From a virus (lineage: Duplodnaviria; Caudoviricetes): a DNA stretch of 54,487 nt. The translations under genes and the position numbers were made by a program. Below are positions 51,868-54,487 of the stretch, in pieces (positions within the stretch are counted from its first letter, which is position 1; each line of letters begins with the position of its first letter). The stretch is taken from positions 1 to 54,487 of the IMG/VR virus record IMGVR_UViG_3300028588_000029; one strand, 5' to 3'. The notes beneath the pieces are model-generated. The model had not been told where the DNA came from. It worked only from the letters and a program-made list of their open reading frames with translations, and searched no databases.

Positions 51868-54254
51868 CCGCCCTCGAAGCTGCCCTCGCGCAGCACCAGC
51901 GCGGCTTCATCATCCAGGCGGCGCACCGCGCGACGCACCCCTCCGGCGGGAAGCACCCGCTGGCGACTGGCTGGCAGAACGCCGAGCGGCTCTCGACGCC
52001 GGACGTCTACGCGACGTGGGACGTGGAGAACCCGCCGAACATCTCGGTGCTCACCGGGGAGCGCGCCGGCATCTTCGTCATCGACATCGACGGCGCCGAC
52101 GGCGCTACGGCCATGAACGAGCTCGTCACGAGGCTCGGCGTGCCGCCGGACACCTACACCGTGCGCACCGCGTCGGGCTCCACCCACCTCTACTACCGCC
52201 AGCCGCCCGGCGTGCACGTCCCCAGCAACAAGAGCCGCCTCGGCGCCCACATCGACCTCCGGGGCGACGGCGGGCACGTCATCGGCCCGGGGTCCGTCGC
52301 CTTCTCGAAGCAGGCGAACGCCACGGGGCCCTACGACGTGCTGCGCGACCTGCCGGTGGCCGAGTGCACGCCGTCGTGGATGGAGGCGATCCTCGCCACG
52401 GCCACGCACCAGGTCGTCCGCGCCGAGGAGGACACCTCGCCGTCGTACTCCAGCCTCTCCCCCGACATGCAGCGGGCGGCGGCCGAGTACACGAAGCGCG
52501 CGGTCGACGGCAACCGCCAGGAGATGCTCGACTCAGGCACCTGGGAGGTCGGGAAGTTCGACGACCGGGGTCGGGGCTGGGAGAAGATCCAGGCCGACGC
52601 CGCGTACAAGATCGCCGAGCTCGTGAAGGCGAACTGGAGCCCCATCTCGCTGGAGGAGGGGTGGCGCGCGTTCTCGACGGCGGCCCCGACCGACGCCACC
52701 TGGACGATGCAGGACGTCGAGGCGAAGTGGCAGTCGCAGTACGCCCGCGCGACGGCGCGCGCAATGCCGGCCAATCTCGGCCAGCGCACGGGGGGCTTCC
52801 TGATCCAGCCGGGGGAAGCCCCGGCCCCCGCTGAGGGGGGCGCAGCACCGCAGCAGCAGTGGCCCGCGCGGACGTGGGACGACCTGGGCAACTCCGAGCG
52901 CCTGCTCGCGCTGCACGGCGACCGCCTGCGCTGGGTGCCCGAGCGCGACCGCTGGGCCCGGTACGACAACGGCGTGTGGCGCCTGGAGAAGGACGCCGCC
53001 GACCGCCTGATGATCGACACCCTGGAGCGCACCGGGGCCCTCGAGGGCCACAACTACAGCGCCCAGGCCAGCGCCGGGAAGGACGGCGAGCCGACGACGT
53101 CGCAGGCCCAGAAGTTCGCGAAGTGGCTCACCACGCAGCGCTTCGCCGTGCGCGTCACCTCGGCCGTGCGCACGCTGCGGATGCGGGGCGTGGTGACCGC
53201 CTCGGCGCGCGACTTCGACCAGCATCCGATGCTGCTGTGCGTCGCGAACGGGGTCATCAACCTCGAGACGGGGGAGCTGCTCGCGCACGACCCCGCGTAC
53301 CTGTTCCAGCAGCAGACGCCGATCGCCTACGACCCCGCCGCGACGGCGCCGATGTGGGAGACCTACCTCGAGCGCGTCATGCCCGATCTGGCGATGCGCC
53401 AGTACCTGCAGCGGATCGTCGGCTACACGCTGACCGGCCTGACGTCGGAGCAGGTGTTCTTCATGCACTACGGCGTCACGAAGAACGGCAAGAGCGTGTT
53501 CCTCGAGGTCGTCGAGGCGATGCTGGGCGGCTACAGCCAGGGCATCCCGCCGTCCACGCTGATGACCAAAAAGTTCGAGCAGCACCCCGCCGACATCGCC
53601 CGGATGGAGGGCAAGCGGCAGCTCCTGCTCAGCGAGACGCCGCAGGGCGCCCGACTCGACGAGGCGCTCGTGAAGCGGCTCTCCGGCGGCGACACCGTGA
53701 CCGCGCGCGGGATGGGCGAGGAGTTCCGCGACTTCAAGATCATGGGCAAGGTGCACCTGGTCACCAACCACCTCCCGCACATCAACCACGACGAGGCCAC
53801 GATGCGCCGGATCCGGCTGGTGCACTGGGGCGTCACGATCCCCGAGGGGCAGCGCGACAAGCACCTCTCGAAGCGGATCATCTCGCGCGAGCTCCCCGGC
53901 GTGCTCGCCTGGGCCGTGCGCGGCACGCTTGAGTGGCAGAAGCACGAGCTCGCGCCGCCGATGTCGGCCGTGATGGACCTGGCCGGCTACGTCGAGCGCG
54001 AGGACCGGCTGGGCGAGTTCATCTCGGCTCGCCTGCTGCAGGACCGGGACGGCTTCACGCCGTCGGCGCAGATCTACGCCACCTACCGCGCCTGGGCCGA
54101 GTCGCAGGGCACCCGGCCCATGGAGTCGAGCACGCTGATCCAGGAGCTGCACCAGCGCGGCTTCGAGAAGCACCGCACGGCGACGCTGCGCGGCCTGCGC
54201 CTGCGGATCATCGCGGAGACCTTCACGCCGGTGCAGCCAATGTTCCAGCAGTAG
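51864..54254 (+). CDS. Bifunctional primase-polymerase fused to a P4/D5-family SF3 helicase
   Basis: GKHP, VIDIDG, TASGSTHLYY, IDLRG prim-pol motifs; NGVINL; Walker A GVTKNGKS; KRLSGGD; TNHLP. Confidence 0.93.
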   Translation: MTALEAALAQHQRGFIIQAAHRATHPSGGKHPLATGWQNAERLSTPDVYATWDVENPPNISVLTGERAGIFVIDIDGADGATAMNELVTRLGVPPDTYTVRTASGSTHLYYRQPPGVHVPSNKSRLGAHIDLRGDGGHVIGPGSVAFSKQANATGPYDVLRDLPVAECTPSWMEAILATATHQVVRAEEDTSPSYSSLSPDMQRAAAEYTKRAVDGNRQEMLDSGTWEVGKFDDRGRGWEKIQADAAYKIAELVKANWSPISLEEGWRAFSTAAPTDATWTMQDVEAKWQSQYARATARAMPANLGQRTGGFLIQPGEAPAPAEGGAAPQQQWPARTWDDLGNSERLLALHGDRLRWVPERDRWARYDNGVWRLEKDAADRLMIDTLERTGALEGHNYSAQASAGKDGEPTTSQAQKFAKWLTTQRFAVRVTSAVRTLRMRGVVTASARDFDQHPMLLCVANGVINLETGELLAHDPAYLFQQQTPIAYDPAATAPMWETYLERVMPDLAMRQYLQRIVGYTLTGLTSEQVFFMHYGVTKNGKSVFLEVVEAMLGGYSQGIPPSTLMTKKFEQHPADIARMEGKRQLLLSETPQGARLDEALVKRLSGGDTVTARGMGEEFRDFKIMGKVHLVTNHLPHINHDEATMRRIRLVHWGVTIPEGQRDKHLSKRIISRELPGVLAWAVRGTLEWQKHELAPPMSAVMDLAGYVEREDRLGEFISARLLQDRDGFTPSAQIYATYRAWAESQGTRPMESSTLIQELHQRGFEKHRTATLRGLRLRIIAETFTPVQPMFQQ

Positions 54255-54280
54255 GGGTTGTAACCCGTACACGATGTGTG

Positions 54281-54292
54281 TCATAGTATGAA
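54281..54292 (+). promoter_or_regulatory. Promoter motif TCATAGTATGAA
   Basis: Reverse complement of 33631-33642; contains TAGTAT; GTACAC at 54267. Confidence 0.5.
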
Positions 54293-54326
54293 CCGTCAGC
54301 ACGACCCCCCGACCAGAGGAGACACC

Positions 54327-54479
54327 ATGTTCGAGACCCCCTTCGCCCGCCAGATCCTCGCCGGCCTGCAGGGCGGCAAGCACGTCTACGCCGGCACCGT
54401 CCCGGAGAAGGAGTGCAAGCGCCGGATCGCGGCCAACAAGGTCGCCCGCCGCTCGCGCCGCATCAACCGCCAGCGGTAG
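54327..54479 (+). CDS. Small basic hypothetical protein (50 aa)
   Basis: GAGGAG RBS; HVYAGTV...NKVARRSRRINR; its 3' part is repeated at 1-122. Confidence 0.7.
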   Translation: MFETPFARQILAGLQGGKHVYAGTVPEKECKRRIAANKVARRSRRINRQR

Positions 54480-54483
54480 ATCG
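54358..54483 (+). repeat. Terminal direct repeat, copy 2
   Basis: Identical to 1-126. Confidence 0.9.
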
Positions 54484-54487
54484 GCGG

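Overview
The window looks like a complete, circularly assembled genome of a high-GC (about 70% by eye) siphovirus of an actinobacterium; bases 1-126 recur at 54358-54483. The + strand carries a replication block that wraps the join (primase-polymerase/helicase, lipoprotein, DinG-like helicase), an L5/cluster-A-style head and tail block (terminases, portal, capsid, tail, tape measure with M23 domain, adhesin-like tail genes) and a lysis cassette. The - strand arm encodes endonuclease VII, SSB, MazG, a PD-(D/E)XK exonuclease, HNH, a HicA-like protein, a C5 methyltransferase, DUF3039 and an FtsK motor, with a small inverted RHH+WhiB pair. I recognised no integrase, repressor, ParA, DNA polymerase, tRNA or CRISPR array. 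The most unusual region is 45.9-51.5 kb. It holds a soluble FtsK lacking its gamma domain, two identical 69-bp intergenic elements with tRNA-like geometry, two unrelated genes sharing an identical MARKLST start, about nine GTGA-N7-TCAC sites, distinct codon usage, a candidate cos site and an origin-like tract. All calls come from reading motifs by eye; no database searches were run.
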